The notes beneath the pieces are model-generated. The model saw only the letters and a program-made list of their open reading frames with translations. It was not told where the DNA came from and did not search any database. Below, piece after piece: positions 1 through 14,883 of a stretch of 48,534 nucleotides of DNA. A program made the translations under genes and the position numbers. Source of the stretch: Bigelowiella natans CCMP2755 (Eukaryota; Protista; Cercozoa). Location: the NCBI GenBank assembly GCA_000320545.1, contig ADNK01001990.1, forward strand, positions 1 through 48,534, in the 5' to 3' direction. Position 1 is the first letter of the stretch. Every line of letters begins with the position of its first letter.

Positions 1-12
1 GTGTGAGAGAGA

Positions 13-43
<31 letters not shown>

Positions 44-189
44 TCCATGCGAAACTTCTGTTGTGGTGTATATTCATTGTTTCCAGTTCATGCTTTTACC
101 GAAATGCTTGCTTTCGTTTGAATTGTATTTCAGTAGCGCTCATCTCCCTCCCCTCTTTTCACGTGTCTTCTTTTTGCGTCCGCTCGTAG

Positions 190-400
190 CGGAACTAGCG
201 ACCGTGGAGTTTCTTCGGCGTTTATCCGAGAAGAATACTCTCGTGTCTTCGTCTTCTTCTTCTTCTTCTTCTTCTTCTTCTTCTTCTTCTTCTTCTTCTT
301 CTTCGGCCCTTCATGATTGCCTTGTTCCGTCGCCACAGATTGTATCGAAGGTACTACAATCTGCACCCGCACACCCGCAAATGTACATGAGTGTGTGCGC

Positions 401-443
<43 letters not shown>

Positions 444-573
444 GACCGCCTCCTCGTGACTACGACGCTGTTCTCTATGTATGATTTGAAAGAGCGAGAG
501 CATAGTCGGCCAGTACGGGTCAAACCTCTTCACCGGCTTTGAATCCAAGTAGGCTCCGCACGAAGAGAGAGAG

Positions 574-628
<55 letters not shown>

Positions 629-1084
629 AAGAAAGGAGAAGTGGTGGTAAAGCTGTCGATGCGAAGGGAGAGAGTTGCATACGAGGTAGCAGCAATGGGG
701 ACACTCGTATGACTAATCGCTTGATGCTTCGAATTACAGCTCCTCCTCCTCCTCCTCCTCCTCCTCCTCCTCCTCCTTCTCCTCCTCCTCAGATTGCCAC
801 GGACTTTGCTGCTAGACTTCCCAATTGAAGCCGCACTCGAACAAGTTAGCATCCTCGGCATGAATGATGTGCAGTTGTTGATAATACTCCCTGTTTTTTT
901 TGTTTCTATTTCCTTCGTCCATGTTGAAGATCACGGGTAGATTATTTCGATTAGTGTGAGTGCAAGCCTTCGCCTGTGAATGCAGCTTGACGTGTAGCCA
1001 CCCCCCCCTTACGTTCTCTCTCCAAGCGCAAGGAGGGGTTGGTATTGTTATCTGCTGCGTCCCTCTCTCCCCAATCACTGCAGT

Positions 1085-1130
<46 letters not shown>

Positions 1131-1808
1131 TCTCTTTCTCTTCATGCATCGTTTTTGGTTCATAGGCTACGACTAGCAAAGAGCTCGCCAGAAGGAGTAT
1201 CCTGAACGACATCAGCCAGAACGGCGTGCACGTGTTCGACTCGGCCCCTCCGTCGCCAGGACAAGAGGCTAATGGGGACAAGAGCAGCAGTGAGAGTAAT
1301 AGAAGCGGTGCAGTAGCGCTCTTTATCAGAGAAGATGCAACCTCTGACCAGGTGACAACTCTCCTATAACCCTGACGTGTGCACCCTTCCGTGAGCAGGC
1401 TGTCTGTTGGATCTGCTTAGACAAGGCGGGTCTTGCAATGTGCGTGTGTGCGTGCGTGTGCGCGCTTGAAATGAAAGCTGCTACACTCTCTTTCGCTCTG
1501 TGTTTTTATTTATGTATTCCACATCACCCGCTCTTTTCCCCGTATCTCACTTTCTCTCTTGCTTCTCGCTCTCCCTCCTCTTCATTCTCTCGATCTATGC
1601 ATCTTCTATGAAGATCTTGGGCGGGTACGTTTCCGCAGTTGCGCATTGTTTGTACGGCGAGAAGTTTTTGTCTCACATATATCCCTCCTCTCCTGAGGCC
1701 GAGGGGGAAGATGATGAGAGCGCGAAAGCAAAGGAGTTGAGAGAGCTGTATCTTCAGCATCTACGGGTTGCATATTCGCATGCACGCACATATCATCATC
1801 CTAATTGA
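190..1808 (+). CDS. 3' exons of a putative RUS1/DUF647 (root UVB sensitive)-like protein; 5' part lies outside the window
   Basis: In-phase GT-AG exons ~190-350, 493-548, 793-868, 1166-1351 and 1614-1808 give ...VPSPQIVSKSESIVG...LLLDFPIE...AVALFIREDATSDQILGGY...; recalled resemblance to the RUS C-terminal region (VPSPxxVSxxE; LxxxAxxxDxL). The family call is tentative. Confidence 0.45.
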
Positions 1809-2375
1809 GAGAGGGAGTATATTCTTTATAGTTTCTATCCCAACAGCTAGCTATCAATGAAGATTCATGCAATGCTAAACGTGATGTTCTTCAAATCCCC
1901 CTTCCACCCACACACCGACTCACGGATTCACGTATGAACCAATAAGATGCGTGCTTACTCTCAGATTGCGGGATGGAATGTAGACGATCTCTTTCTTGAA
2001 ACGTGAGGGCGCTACTTTACGTTCGTATCAGCGTTGCAGAGTATACATCAGCTGTTTTTGTGTTTCACATCGTCAGGTATCCTGCAAGACTATCTGTGGA
2101 CTCAACCTGACATTAAAACAACAGGAGGGGGGGCAGATTGAGGAGCCAGGTGGAACCTCGCAAAATGTACAGAACCGCTAGGAAAGAGACTCAAGCATGT
2201 TTTATCGATGACTGCTTCATGCTTAGCAATATACGTGTGACATCGCTAAATACTACAATGTTAGCGTAGTATTGCAATGGACCCCGGATCTTCATTGTGA
2301 TCATCATCTACTCTTGCAACCACGTTCTTGTGAACACTAAAGACCGATACACTTTCGTCGCTATAAATGTCGCTT

Positions 2376-2413
<38 letters not shown>

Positions 2414-3298
2414 AATACATATGTGTCAACTACTATGCAAAGCTACATTAGGATGGCGATTGAAACAAATTAATTACATCCGCCCCACGCATATTTCTTG
2501 TAGGCTATGCTGGTGGCTTGAACATATTGCGCATCCTGCATGTATAGCACATTTGAGACAAATGTAGCGACTGTGTCAAAATTTCCAATTGTCATCCTAA
2601 TGCGTAGCCAATGCTGCTGCACATATATGTGTGTATTTTATATATGGGACGAATGTCCATGTTGCTTAATATAATGCTGTGCGTGCGAGTGCGTCAGACA
2701 CGCATCACAATAATGCTGTACGAGATCTTAAAACACTTACGGTGGTTCTAAGGTTATTGGTACTCTCGCTTGTTCGCCACAGCGCTGTCGTGTGAGAGCA
2801 TATGACCCTCGAGCAACGCAACAGCGTCTGCTAGAGTATATTATGATTTTAGATGTGTATTTGCATATATCTAGAATACATGTAAGCAGTCGTACGTACA
2901 ATTGTGGCTATGCATGTAGTACACTTATTACTGTTCGTAGATATGAGCACGTCACAACTTCACAATCTACTGCTCTGGCATCCACGGCACTTGCCACAAT
3001 TGCCACGCTGACAATGTCGTACGCTTACGCATTTACACAGCGTATCGTAGCATGATGAGTTCCACAGTTTTAAGTGGACCCACGCACCACTGCCAGCATG
3101 GCGCTATATGCGCTGCTACAATGACAAATTCTAGTTTATTAATTTTCTTTTATGTTCTCTTACTATTCCTAGTGCACGTCCAATCCAACCCCGCGTTGGA
3201 TAGATATAATAGCTCTCCTCTTTTATTCCGTCAATAACGAGGAGGCGCGGCACACACATACTCTTCTCTCTACTAGATTTGCTTCCCAATGCGGAAAT

Positions 3299-5749
3299 CT
3301 AAACACGCGAGTAAAATATTGACAAAAGAACACCTGAAACTGCGGCGAGGATGAAAATCCCAGAAGATATTGCCACCTACATATAATGAACGTAACATGT
3401 CAGTTTTCAAATTGCTTCCCCCAACCCTTAGAGGCTTTGCTTGGTGGTGTTTGGTGGAGCATGCGAGCACAGATTTTGGGGGCATCGTGTTCTGAATGAT
3501 TACTATCAGCGTCCAGAAAGCGTCGCAGATGGACTCGTCATTTAAGACCTAAAACCACACATAATAATTCGGCGAATGAACTATTATGCATACACACGAC
3601 GCGCGGCAACTTATGCAGCGCCCTCCTGCGGTAGTGGCAGTACCCTGACGCCCATTGAGAACTGTATCGCGATGATCATGGCGGAAATAATCGCGTTGAC
3701 GAGCGCCATGATGATTGTAACATGCACGGCCTTGAGACCGGACAGAACCACCTGTCACCACAACAGCGTAGCCAACAACATTAATAACAACAGTACAACA
3801 ACCACAACCACAGCCATTCATTCTCATCATCGAGCTGCACCCACAACCACAACCATTCATTCTCATCATCGAGCTGCACCAACCTTCACATTTCTGTCTC
3901 TTGGTTAACACTACTGGTCGCTAGCTCCTATTGTTTCACTACGCATCATCCTACACCTATCGTTGCGCTCTCTTCACGCCCTCACGTTCAACCCATCTCC
4001 CATTTTATTACTAGCCAAAGTTCGGCCCACAACACGCCCACACTTAGCTAAATTAATACCGCAGCCGCCGCGAGGACGAAGAGAGTGTACACCTTCGAGG
4101 ACATGCCAGACAACTGCGCTGTTGGCGGGTGGCGACGAGCCCCTCCCCCTCCTATCCTTGGTGAACCAACAACACGTGAGGAGAAGATCACCTCGTTGAA
4201 AAGCATGGCTGCCGTGTTCGAAAGGCACAAGCCGCCCACCAATGCCGCGCCCGAGAACCCGATGCAGAAGAGCACCTGGTGTGCGCGACGTTTTGTGACG
4301 AGCGAATAAACCAGAGCACGAACGATGATTTGGGGGGTGAGAATGAGAATCATGGCGTCGAATGAGCTCGAAATTGTTCAGCATCATCATCGTCGTCGTT
4401 GCTATGATGATTATGATTATTGACATCATCATCATCATCATCATCATTAATTTACGCCTCTCTTCAGTGTGCATGTGTCTCCTCTTCACCTTGCCAGCAG
4501 AGCCAAGGTACGGTTCCACAGCATCTGATACTTCCTTTACCGATCGCAAAGGCTCATCCGTATCTCCGTGCTTCTGCCACAGAGACCCTGAAAGAGTGAT
4601 TGAAGAAGGCCGGGGGGGGGGGGGGGGGGGGATTAAGAAAAAATTTGATTTGGGAAAAAAAGATGGATATTAAAATTGGGGATAGAATTTGTTTTCCAGG
4701 GGAGTCCGTTTTTTTTCCCCTGCAACAAATGGGGTCGCGGAGGTTACGAGGATGACCGTGAAAATAGTTTCTAAAGTACAAAACAGTGGGAGAAATGGGG
4801 GAAAGAGAGAGAAAGGGGGGGGGGGGGGGGGGAGTTGGTAATGATTATGAAGAAGTAGAAGACGGGAAAAGCAGAAGGAACACGGTCAACAACTGACACG
4901 AAATGCCCATGCTAAAAAATAAAACGCATTCTAGAAATCACGAGGGAAACTAAAGCCGGAAGGAGCACCAGCCATTTTGCTTGATTATCTTCTTTGCACT
5001 GTGAATGAAGGAACAACTCACCAAGGACAACATCCATATGTAGCGATCCGAGGTGTTTCGCCTCGAAACGTTCCCGCGCAACCGTCGATTGCTGGTAGAA
5101 GACCATCCAGGGTATGACCTTGAGATAGATAGTAGGAGGGGGGAGGAAGATCAGGAAATATATCTGCGTGCACGTGGTAATTGTGCATCGGTGCGTACAG
5201 CAAGCTTTTTTTTTGTCAAAGAATGCGGCTCTCTGTCTATTTCTTTTCGCGTAATACCATGCCCCCGGCCTGAGCGCCTGCAAGCATCAAGAAGACGTGG
5301 TTCGATGGGTCCAATCTGGGTAGTAGTGGATAGTAGCAGTAGTAGTAGTAGAAGTAGTAGTAGTAGTAGTAGCACGTAAGCATGCAATGTGAAAAGATGC
5401 CAGGCCGGCGAAGTCTAGTCAGTTTTGACTCCGGAGGACACAACACCATCAAGCATCATCATTTCATGGAGAGTTATCAGCGCACCGATCCCAGCCCTTC
5501 CCCATGTAGTCGCCGTTAGGATTCGAGTAAAACCTGAATGATATTAAAAAAGAGTGAGGATGGAACTAACTCACGCGAAAACAATCATCAGTTTCTTGCC
5601 ATCCATCTGTGAGATCTTCATGGGGTGCATCGATTTGATTACGTAATCATGCATAAATTTGGGCATTTAAACATGCGCTACTACATCAAAGGGACGAAGA
5701 CAGCTAGCGTTACTCCCATAACCACGACGACCTAAAAAAGTTTGTGTCG

Positions 5750-5789
<40 letters not shown>

Positions 5790-7370
5790 CGTGCTGTTGC
5801 GAGACATTGTATCGAGGAATAGAGTAGAAGTGCTACTAGCAAGCAATCTATACTTTGTGAATAGAGCTACCGCCAAGGAGTACCGTAGTTAAAAATACCT
5901 AGGAAAACAATCATCATTAGATGGGTGAACAGCCGTGTGTCGAGAGGCAAAATCAACAGTAATCTTAGTGCATACAGGTAGGAAAATGATATCTAGCAGG
6001 ATAGCAAGAATTGTTCCCGTATTATTACTACCAAAGCTCCAGAAAGGACACCGATTGCAGGATGAATTTTTAAAATCTCGCTTACTCCTGCTAGGCCTTA
6101 TTATTATGGAAATACCAAACAATGGGAGATTCAATCATGAGCACATGCATGCCCTTACGCTCTCATTCTGTGCTAAGCCACATGGCCGTAGTTTCTTCTA
6201 CACGACATTTATAAAAGCGTTTATACACTGACATTCTTGATAATATCCGCATACCTGTGAATTCCTGCACCATCTCGGCGTAGCAAGAGATAATGAGTAG
6301 AACTGCTATGCCTATGGCCGCTCGCTTGCCATAGAATTGCTGCACACACTCGATAAACCCCATTCCAGTCGCCGTCCCTGAAGCACGTTGCAGTTGTGAA
6401 AACTGTTTTTACATGCTTTCCTGCCCAAGCTCTGCCCCCCCCCCCCCCCTCTCCCTCTCTCTTTGAAAATCCGAGTGATTCGTCACGTACCAAGACGTGA
6501 GGCGTAGAAAAGCATGACCATTTGAATGAGCGACAAGATCATCTGCATCGGAATGAGAGCGTATCCCATCTGCTTTCCAGCGGCACATGCGAGAATCATG
6601 CATCCGGCATCCCTGAGGAGAGCACAACAACAGCACAACAGATGGCCGATTACAACACGTAAATAAGCATAGAGTTGCGAAGCTAAGCTGAACAAAAAAT
6701 GCCAATGTATGTTCGTGACAGGGCCTGGATATTGCGGGATAGAATATGGGATGTTGTATAGTGATCAAAAATGAGAACGAGATGCGTTGGGGGATGATTT
6801 ACACACGGATAGTGTAGTGTCTATAAGATGTATATTTCTTATTTTACGTCGATCCAAGTATAGTAGAGAGTCCTGGCCCCGAATAGACCACGAAGCGCCT
6901 CAAAGTTGGCATTTCGAACCTTCCCCACGAGGTTTTGTCCAGGTCAGGATCCCTGAATATGATGCACAATGGCGACGATCAGGACGATAACTGCGTGAGG
7001 GGGCGATTTGGGGCTGATTATGGTGGTTGGATCGTGATAGTGCATCGACGCCCAATTTGCTGATTTTCTCATAAGTGTATGATGACCTCTATTTTGACTA
7101 TTCTGCCTCACCTCCACCCTTTGTGTTGAAATGGTCCCAGAAAAGTCTCAATGCAGAATCGAAGAATCGACAAAATAGTTGCATTTATTCTTTGTTTGCA
7201 TTACCGTTCGGTCTCCGCGAAGTCATCGTCTAAGTTTTGACTGCTACCATCTCCCTAAATGATAAATGGACAAATCCATCAAGGTTTTGACACATCGACG
7301 CACATGGTATGTTCACGTTTGCAAAAAGAGAACGGGGAGCAGGAGGAAAAGGTGATGAAAACTAGCATCC
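3299..7370 (-). CDS. NRAMP/SLC11-superfamily divalent metal transporter, bacterial-type (PWMxFYQQS clade), multi-exon; start approximate
   Basis: Spliced peptides GPGLSTILGSTDAGCMILACAAGKQMGYALIPMQM..ASRLG, CYAEMVQEFTG, LAGAQAGGMVIPWMVFYQQSTV, LRSVKEVSDAVEPYLGSAG and C-terminal TM helices ending ..LLSIFYSRV* (stop 3299-3301). Confidence 0.85.
3802..3879. repeat. 39-bp tandem duplication in an NRAMP intron
   Basis: ccacaaccaca(g/a)ccattcattctcatcatcgagctgcac occurs at 3802-3840 and 3841-3879, with one mismatch. Confidence 0.9.
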
Positions 7371-8222
7371 TGGCGACGAGGAAGGAATCTCGAGGAATGG
7401 TATTGCTTCGCAAGATAGATTCTTTTAAATTCGAAAACTAATTGTTGCATGATCTTGGTGCTAATATCCGCTGACCCTATTGTCCAGCTCGAGAGCGAAT
7501 TTATTGCGTTGCTTTAAACCCGTGTCCCTCCCTCCAGATGTAAGAGGTACCTGGAAAAAAAATTATGATATTTAGCACCTTATACAGATTAGTTATATCT
7601 ACTGCAATAACTCGTTCGAGTCCCTGATGCGATGACGGCAACATCAAATCTTAAAATGATCGCTGGAGTGTTATATTACAGCTTTATTTTCACTCTTCAA
7701 TTTCTCTGTAACATAAGTTTCGATCTAGCGCTGCAAGTTGCAGTATTCTTTCCAGCTTGAATTTATCTCTCCATGGCAAACATGCCCAAGTAACTACATT
7801 CTCCTCCGATCGATCCACCAACATCCAAGCAAGCTGTCGACGTTTCAGACTCCGATATGTCCAAAGGTTCAGCAAAGAAACCGTGAACACATTGGTTTTA
7901 TGGGGAATTCAAGTATAAGACATCCGAAATGTCTTGTCGCTCAACAATATGAAAAAGCATCCCGACCACGCCATGCTCCTCATGACATTTGGTGATGAAG
8001 CGATCCAGCAGATTTCAGTGCTGCATCCAGGAACACGCAATTCTCATGCAAATTTTATCAGCGACGTAGGTATTTTCTTGTCGTTATTAGATAATTCAAT
8101 CGATTCACTTGAGATAATAACCTTTTTATGGTTAAGACAGATTTTTTCGTTGTCGGACATACTAAAATTAAAGCAGTTTTCCATCTGTCAATAGCTCTGA
8201 AGCAAACGGCTTGGCGGCAAAA

Positions 8223-9221
8223 ATGGCTCCCCTGTCAAGGGAAGGAGAACAGCGAGATCAATGTTCTCTGGTCCGGTCTCAAATTAAAGTATGGGAGAAG
8301 AACTTCTTCTCTCAGCATGGCCGAAAGCCAAGCGGTAGAGATATTCGGAAAGAACCCAAAGCAGGTTTCATAGAACTCTTCGTCTTTACAATTTGATCTT
8401 TGTTAACACATTTTTTCCATACATTCAGAGGCTCTCTATAAGGAGTACAAACGACTCAAGGACTACGCCAGGCAGGAAAAAAAACGATTTGCTGCGTTCA
8501 AGGCCGGTTTGTCACAGAAGAAGAACCAATGTTGCTCTCCTGTTGGTCAGAGTGGGAAGCGTTCAAAAAGAACTAGCTCAGCACCAGAACACCAAGGCGC
8601 GACCGTGCCAGCAGCCAAAAGGGCGATGGAAAATAGATTGAAGAGACATGCTTCAGCTTACAATATCGGAGACAGCAACAGTTTCTTCCTCAACACACTC
8701 AACGCCTCTCCGAAACCCATTTCAGAACCTGCCATCAAGCGCCCGGTCCTTCCTATAGCCACCAATTCCAAGCCCGTAAATGAGGGATCTTGCTTTCCAA
8801 ACGAAGAAAAAACTCCTCAAGAAGCGCAGCCTTCAAAGTGCGAAAGGAAGGTGACTTCTCTCTTCCCTTTAGTCCGCGCAAATTCGTTCGGACGAAAGAG
8901 GTAAAATAGCGGCATCACCTCTATCCTCCACATGTCATAATTTTGGGCAATACCTGTGAAGGTTATTCCAGCGTTTCAAGAAGAAACAGAACTCGAAGAT
9001 ATTTTCAACATCAACACCGGGTATTTTCTTGCCTTTAGTCGGAATATGCGCTGAAAACGAAGATTGCATCTAAAAAAATTTTCTTGAAGGAAATGCGATG
9101 GATGGATTTTGCGATATTTCTCCCTACGGAGTTCAAGATTCTCTGGCCGCGGAGAAAAACCTATACCCAGGTTGGGCTTATAGAACGGGGAAGCGCGTGA
9201 TGCAACAAAATATAAAATCTT

Positions 9222-9253
<32 letters not shown>

Positions 9254-9308
9254 GTAAAAACACACAAATATGAATATAAGTACAAAATACACGCCTTCAC
9301 CTTTCTCT

Positions 9309-9350
<42 letters not shown>

Positions 9351-11679
9351 TCTCTTAGCCTCCAAGGACAAAGGTGCCGAACCTGAAGTAGGGAAGAGTG
9401 AGTACGAACTTGAACGGGAGAAGAACATCGAAGAAAATAATCGAATGCTGGAGCAAATTCTAGCGGGCTTACCCAGCACCAGCAGCACTCAAAGTCAAAC
9501 CCGTGAAACTGATAGCGGAAGTCAGGTGCTGAGCGGAAAAGTGGGCGATAGTTCAGACGAGAAAAGCAGTGATAACAACACTAACGATGGAGTCAGCTGG
9601 GCTGAACCTCTCACTTCCCCTTCGAATAGTGCCGAAAACGGCAAGCCCTCTTCCTCATATGTCAAAGAAGATCGGAAGGATGATGATGATAGAGGCAGTG
9701 CTGAGCGGAAATATAAGTATAATGACAATTTGATCAGAAATATCGAAAGAAATGCAATAAATAGAAGGCAAGATGAGGCGACGAAAAAGGGCATGCAGGA
9801 GCCTCCCCTAGAAATGGAGTTCGAGAGCTTTGAGACCGATCAAATGGAGTACGAAATGGATTTAATAAATCAGGAAGAGAATGTGCAGGAAAAAAACCCT
9901 GTCGAGGACAATATACCATCTCCATGCGCCAGCGCTACCCTAGCTTCAACGTCGTCACCACCTACGGGAAATAGCGGCGAAGATGCAGAAGGAACTCCCG
10001 ATGATAAAAGGAATGATTTCGCAGACAAAAGCTTGAATCTCGAGGATTCTAAAGAGAAGAAACTCGGGTCTAGACAGAGCAGGAAACGCCCTGCTAAACA
10101 GAATAGTACAAACTCGGAAAAGAAGAAGAGCACTAAGAGGAAAAATGCTCATCAAGAAGCTTTCTCTGCTCCTAGACGCCAGCCGCGGCTACGAAGTGCG
10201 AAGAAAGCTGTGCGGTACTGTGAAAGAGAGGAGGACAGCAGTGAGAGCGAGGGAGAATTCTCTGAGAAAGACGCAGCAGAGGTAGAAGAAATGCAAGAAG
10301 AGAGGCCAGAAGTAGGTTCCTCTTTGCCGGACTCTAACGACGAACTCGATGAATCACAGGTTTGTAATCGAATTCTTACTGATTCTCCAAAGAAAGAGTT
10401 TCTTTTGATGACTGTTGTCAAACAGGTCAATTCCGGCTCCGAATCCGACTGGCAGCCAGAGAGCGAGAAAGAGCGTGCTAGCTTGCGAAGGAGAAGCAGC
10501 GGACGGGGTGTTGATTGTAGCGCAAATTCGTTGGAATTAGCAATCGAAGGGAGCGACAATTCAGATCCAGTATTAACCCAATGCTAACTATGAATCTAGT
10601 TCTCGTGTAATTTTGCTTTCGGAGACGATCTCATGCGCATTTTAATGTAACGTATGGTAGTCTGAGCCAGACTGGGAGGATCCTCCAACGAAGAAGATTC
10701 CGAGGAAAAGGAAGAAGACCGGTGAAGTTTAATTATTGGTTTTGTTAAGAACTGTCACCATTTTGCACAACATTTGTCAATGCACTACCTTTTATGCTGC
10801 AGAATTTGGGATTGGCAGCGATTGTGATTAGTATTCTATGTGTACCCTTACTCTAGGCCCATCGGTCAATGGCACGGGTGGTGCAAAGGAAGCGGCGAGG
10901 GCAAAACTCAAGAGATCGAAACGGGTGAAAAGGGAGAAGACCAAGGAGCCCAAAACAGCCACTAACCCTTCACAAAAGACGCCAGGACTGAGTAGCAAGA
11001 GCAAAAGGACCACGAAGAAAAAGGCTGAGAAGAAGACAAAAAAGCGGCACAACGGACAATCGTTCAAGCGACTCAACCTCAAGACGCGTTACAAATCTAA
11101 GCGCTACGGAGCACCGAGGGTGCGACGGAACGCCCGTGGGAAGATCTGGACCAAACGTATGTCGTTGGGTAGAGGGGGGGGGGAGAGGGATGATGGGTGA
11201 TGGGTACGTAGTGAAGAGGGGTGGATGTTATGAAACAAACAGGGCTCAAAAGAATATGAATACCAAATACTTAATAATAGCTCGTAACGCACACCATAGT
11301 AGTGTTCCGCTCATTCGACTGCTTCCTTTGCCTTTCTTCTCGCAAAAGGAGGGAAGAACTACGCTGAGAACCGTGAGCGGGAACGTGCCGCTGTTAAGAA
11401 GAACGAGGCCCTCTACTGCGAGGTCCTCGACGCGGAGCACGCCAGGAAAGCTCGGCGGGGCAGTAACGACGATGATGGCTGCTCAGTAGATTCGGACTTG
11501 GAGCGATTGCAAGCATTTGAGAACGCACTCGATGAAGAAGAGCGCAAGGAGCGCAAGGAATCCAAGCTCCGAGAGATGCGGAAGATGGGCAAGAAAGGGG
11601 TGTTGAAAGCCCTGTTTGGCTATAAGGAATTCCGACCTGGCCAAGCTGAGGTGAGCCTGAACATTGCAACGCACCACTT

Positions 11680-11715
<36 letters not shown>

Positions 11716-12124
11716 CACAAAGTAGTCCATCCCCCCCCCCCCCCCCCTGTAGTAAATATCCTCTTTCCCGCGCTTGTGTGCATGGGCTGCGATTCGAACA
11801 CGCACACACACAAAAGGTGATAGAGCACGTGCTCTCGCATCGGTCAACGTTGGCAGTGCTGCCTCCGGGGCGTGGAAAATCCCTATGCTATCTGATGCCT
11901 GCGTTCATGCTGGATGGGCTGGTGCTCGTTGTCTCCCCGCTCATCTCGCTCATGGACGACCAAGTCTCGAAACTCCCTCCAGAGATTCCCGGAGCTTGTT
12001 GGAACTCGCACCAGAATCAACAGGCGATCCTCGGCGTCATGCGGCGCACAAGGCAGCAGAAGATCAAGGTTGTTCAAAGGGCTTCTTTGCACGCACTTAT
12101 CGAATGTCAAATGGCAACATAATG

Positions 12125-12165
<41 letters not shown>

Positions 12166-12167
12166 GT

Positions 12168-12207
<40 letters not shown>

Positions 12208-14496
12208 TGTGTGTGTGTGTATGTGTGTGTGTTGGCATGTAAACACCAATATTTATTCTTAGGTTCTCTACGTTTCTCCCGAGCGCCTTCTAATGCCAAG
12301 TTTCCAGAAGTTTATATCTACTCTTCCCCAGTCGGTGTCGTTTGTGTGCGTGGACGAGGCACACTGCGTGTCGGAATGGTCGCACAACTTCCGGCCAGCG
12401 TATTTGCAATTGAATCGAGTCATCTACGACGTAATCAAGGCCAAGTCCGTCCTCGCTCTCACCGCAACCGCTACGAAGCACACCGTCGCTTCCATCTGCA
12501 GCAGGTAGTATGAACAGCCATCACAAGCTGATTGAATTGGGCGAGAAGGTGGTGCTGTGGTCATGTTTTTGCCTCCTAAGGTGGCGGCAGCCACAGCGGT
12601 TTTGTAGCAAATGCTAGAACGCACCGTCGCAACTTCTGCTACTACTGCTACGTAATATGCAATGTGCAATATGACGGCAGTGAAAGAAAGGCCATGCTGT
12701 CTCCCTCCTCCTAGGGAAAGATTCCTCCTCTCACCTTATCATTCTTCTGATCATTCCAATGCACTTCCTCCCAGCCTCTCGATTCCTCGCCAGCACTTGG
12801 TCAGGAGCAGTCCCCGTCGCCCCAACGTCAACTACACAGTGTCCAACGAGATTGACAAGGAAGCTGCCCTTATCTCTCTTCTCTCCTCCGATCTCTTCAA
12901 GGACTTTGGCTCGATTGTCGTTTATGTCACATTCAAGTGGCAATGCGAGCACATCGCGCGCGCCCTGAGAAACGCTGGGATAAAGGCCAGGGCGTACCAT
13001 GCTGGCTTTAAGGCTGAAACGCGTCGAAATGTCCAGAAGGCCTTCATGTCCTCTAGGTTGTATTAGTAGCGAGTAGTTGTTGTAGTAGTAGTAGTAGTAG
13101 TAGTAGTAGTAAGGGTAGGAGGTAAGGAAGAGAGGGAGAGTTCGGTTTATACAAGGGCCCAGTGTTACTCTGCCAAATCTTTACGACTATTCCACACCGC
13201 CACTTGACACATCTGAGCGGCAACAACGCCACCAAAATATCCACCGTCTGCTCCACCGTTCTCGCAAACAACACCGTGGTTGTTTCCTCGGCGCCATGTC
13301 ATTCTCACCACTCGTGCTTGGTATCAGGCTGCGGGTGATCGTCGCGACGGTGGCGTTCGGGATGGGACTCGACAAGCAGAACATCCGCGCAGTGGTTCAC
13401 TATTGTGCGCCCAAATCGCTTGAGAACTTCGTGCAGGAGACTGGACGGGCAGGGCGCGACAGCCTCCCTGCCTTCTGCCACGCCTTCATTCAGCCAGAGG
13501 ACGTACGGTATCTGCAATCCTTCATCTACAAGGACAGCGCCAGCAAGTTCGCAGTGAAAAAGCTGCTTCTTGCTGTGTTCGGAGCCAAAGAGAGGACTCG
13601 CCGCCACTCGCACGTCGCGCTACCGATGAGTAAGATCGAGGAGATGGCTGCTGGCATGAAGCCTGAAGTCGCTGCCACGGTCCTTACGCAGCTTGCTATT
13701 ATGACGAAGAATGCAACGACGATGCCGGCAAAAGGAATGATGGAGAAGCTGGAGCAAAAAGAAGGTGCTCCTTCTTGTGCTACTGCAGTCGCTACCGATC
13801 AGCACGAGAATAGACCATGGAACAAGAGTTCTACCTTATCCCCCCTCCCTCCCTCCTCCTGCCAGGGCCCTCTCCTCGAGATATTAGGGAAGGTCCACGA
13901 TGAAGTGCAGATCGGGTTCCACAACTTGGAGCCGGCCAAGTTGGCGCAGATGTCCTTCTTCGTCAAGGAGCTTCTCAAGGTTGCCAAGAAGAGGTCCGGT
14001 GTGTACCGAGTGCGCATTTGCGAGCTGGCGAACGAGACCGACTACTCAGTCGCAGACGTACAGTACGAAATTATGAAGTTGAGGTCTCTCGGAGAGATCT
14101 CGGCGAAGTGGGACAAAGAGTCGATCTGTGTTAAGGTGTGCAAAATAATCCACAATTGCTGTGAATGTGAATATTGAAGATTGCTGTTCTCGCTGCTGCG
14201 TTTGCTGTTATTATGGATTTTTTTTTCCAAAGTTGGGATTATGCGTGCACAAACCACCATATTGAACTCGTTGAATGAATCCGCAGGTTCTAAATCACCC
14301 CAAAGACTTCGAGGAACTTGTGTCGCGCTTAAATAACGTGCTTCGAGATCACGAAGACATCCAAAGAGTTAAGCTCGACATTGTATCGCAGCTTTTGAAG
14401 AAGGCAACGCTGCCGTCCGTCTCAAAGGCATTGGAAATGCACGAAAAGTTCCACAAAATATCGTTCCTCAAGGCGGTCGTGCCACCGCCAGTATTG

Positions 14497-14531
<35 letters not shown>

Positions 14532-14842
14532 GTCGTCAGCCTCGTCGTCATCGTCGGACATCATCCAAAGTACGATCGCGAGATATTTTGACACCAACGA
14601 CTTCCAAGCGCTGCTAGAAAGCATCGACGAAGGATTGTCGGAGGACCAGAAGCTGAAGAACATGACGCCGTCCGGGTGAGTAAAGATAAAACAAGGCAGT
14701 AGAAGGAACACCAAGGGAAATTATTCTAGCGCATGGCCATACGACAGAAAAAGAACACAGTCTAAGGACGCCTTATCTTTATCTATAAAATGTACTATCG
14801 TTCGCCATCACCATACACTATAAATTCATTTGCATTAATAAT

Positions 14843-14883
<41 letters not shown>

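Noticed and set aside
3802-3879. Direct repeat considered as CRISPR-like
   Set aside because: Two adjacent copies with no spacers, inside a eukaryotic intron.
7690-8194. Short ORFs in the NRAMP/RECQL4 divergent gap
   Set aside because: No recognisable protein features; probably promoter or UTR.
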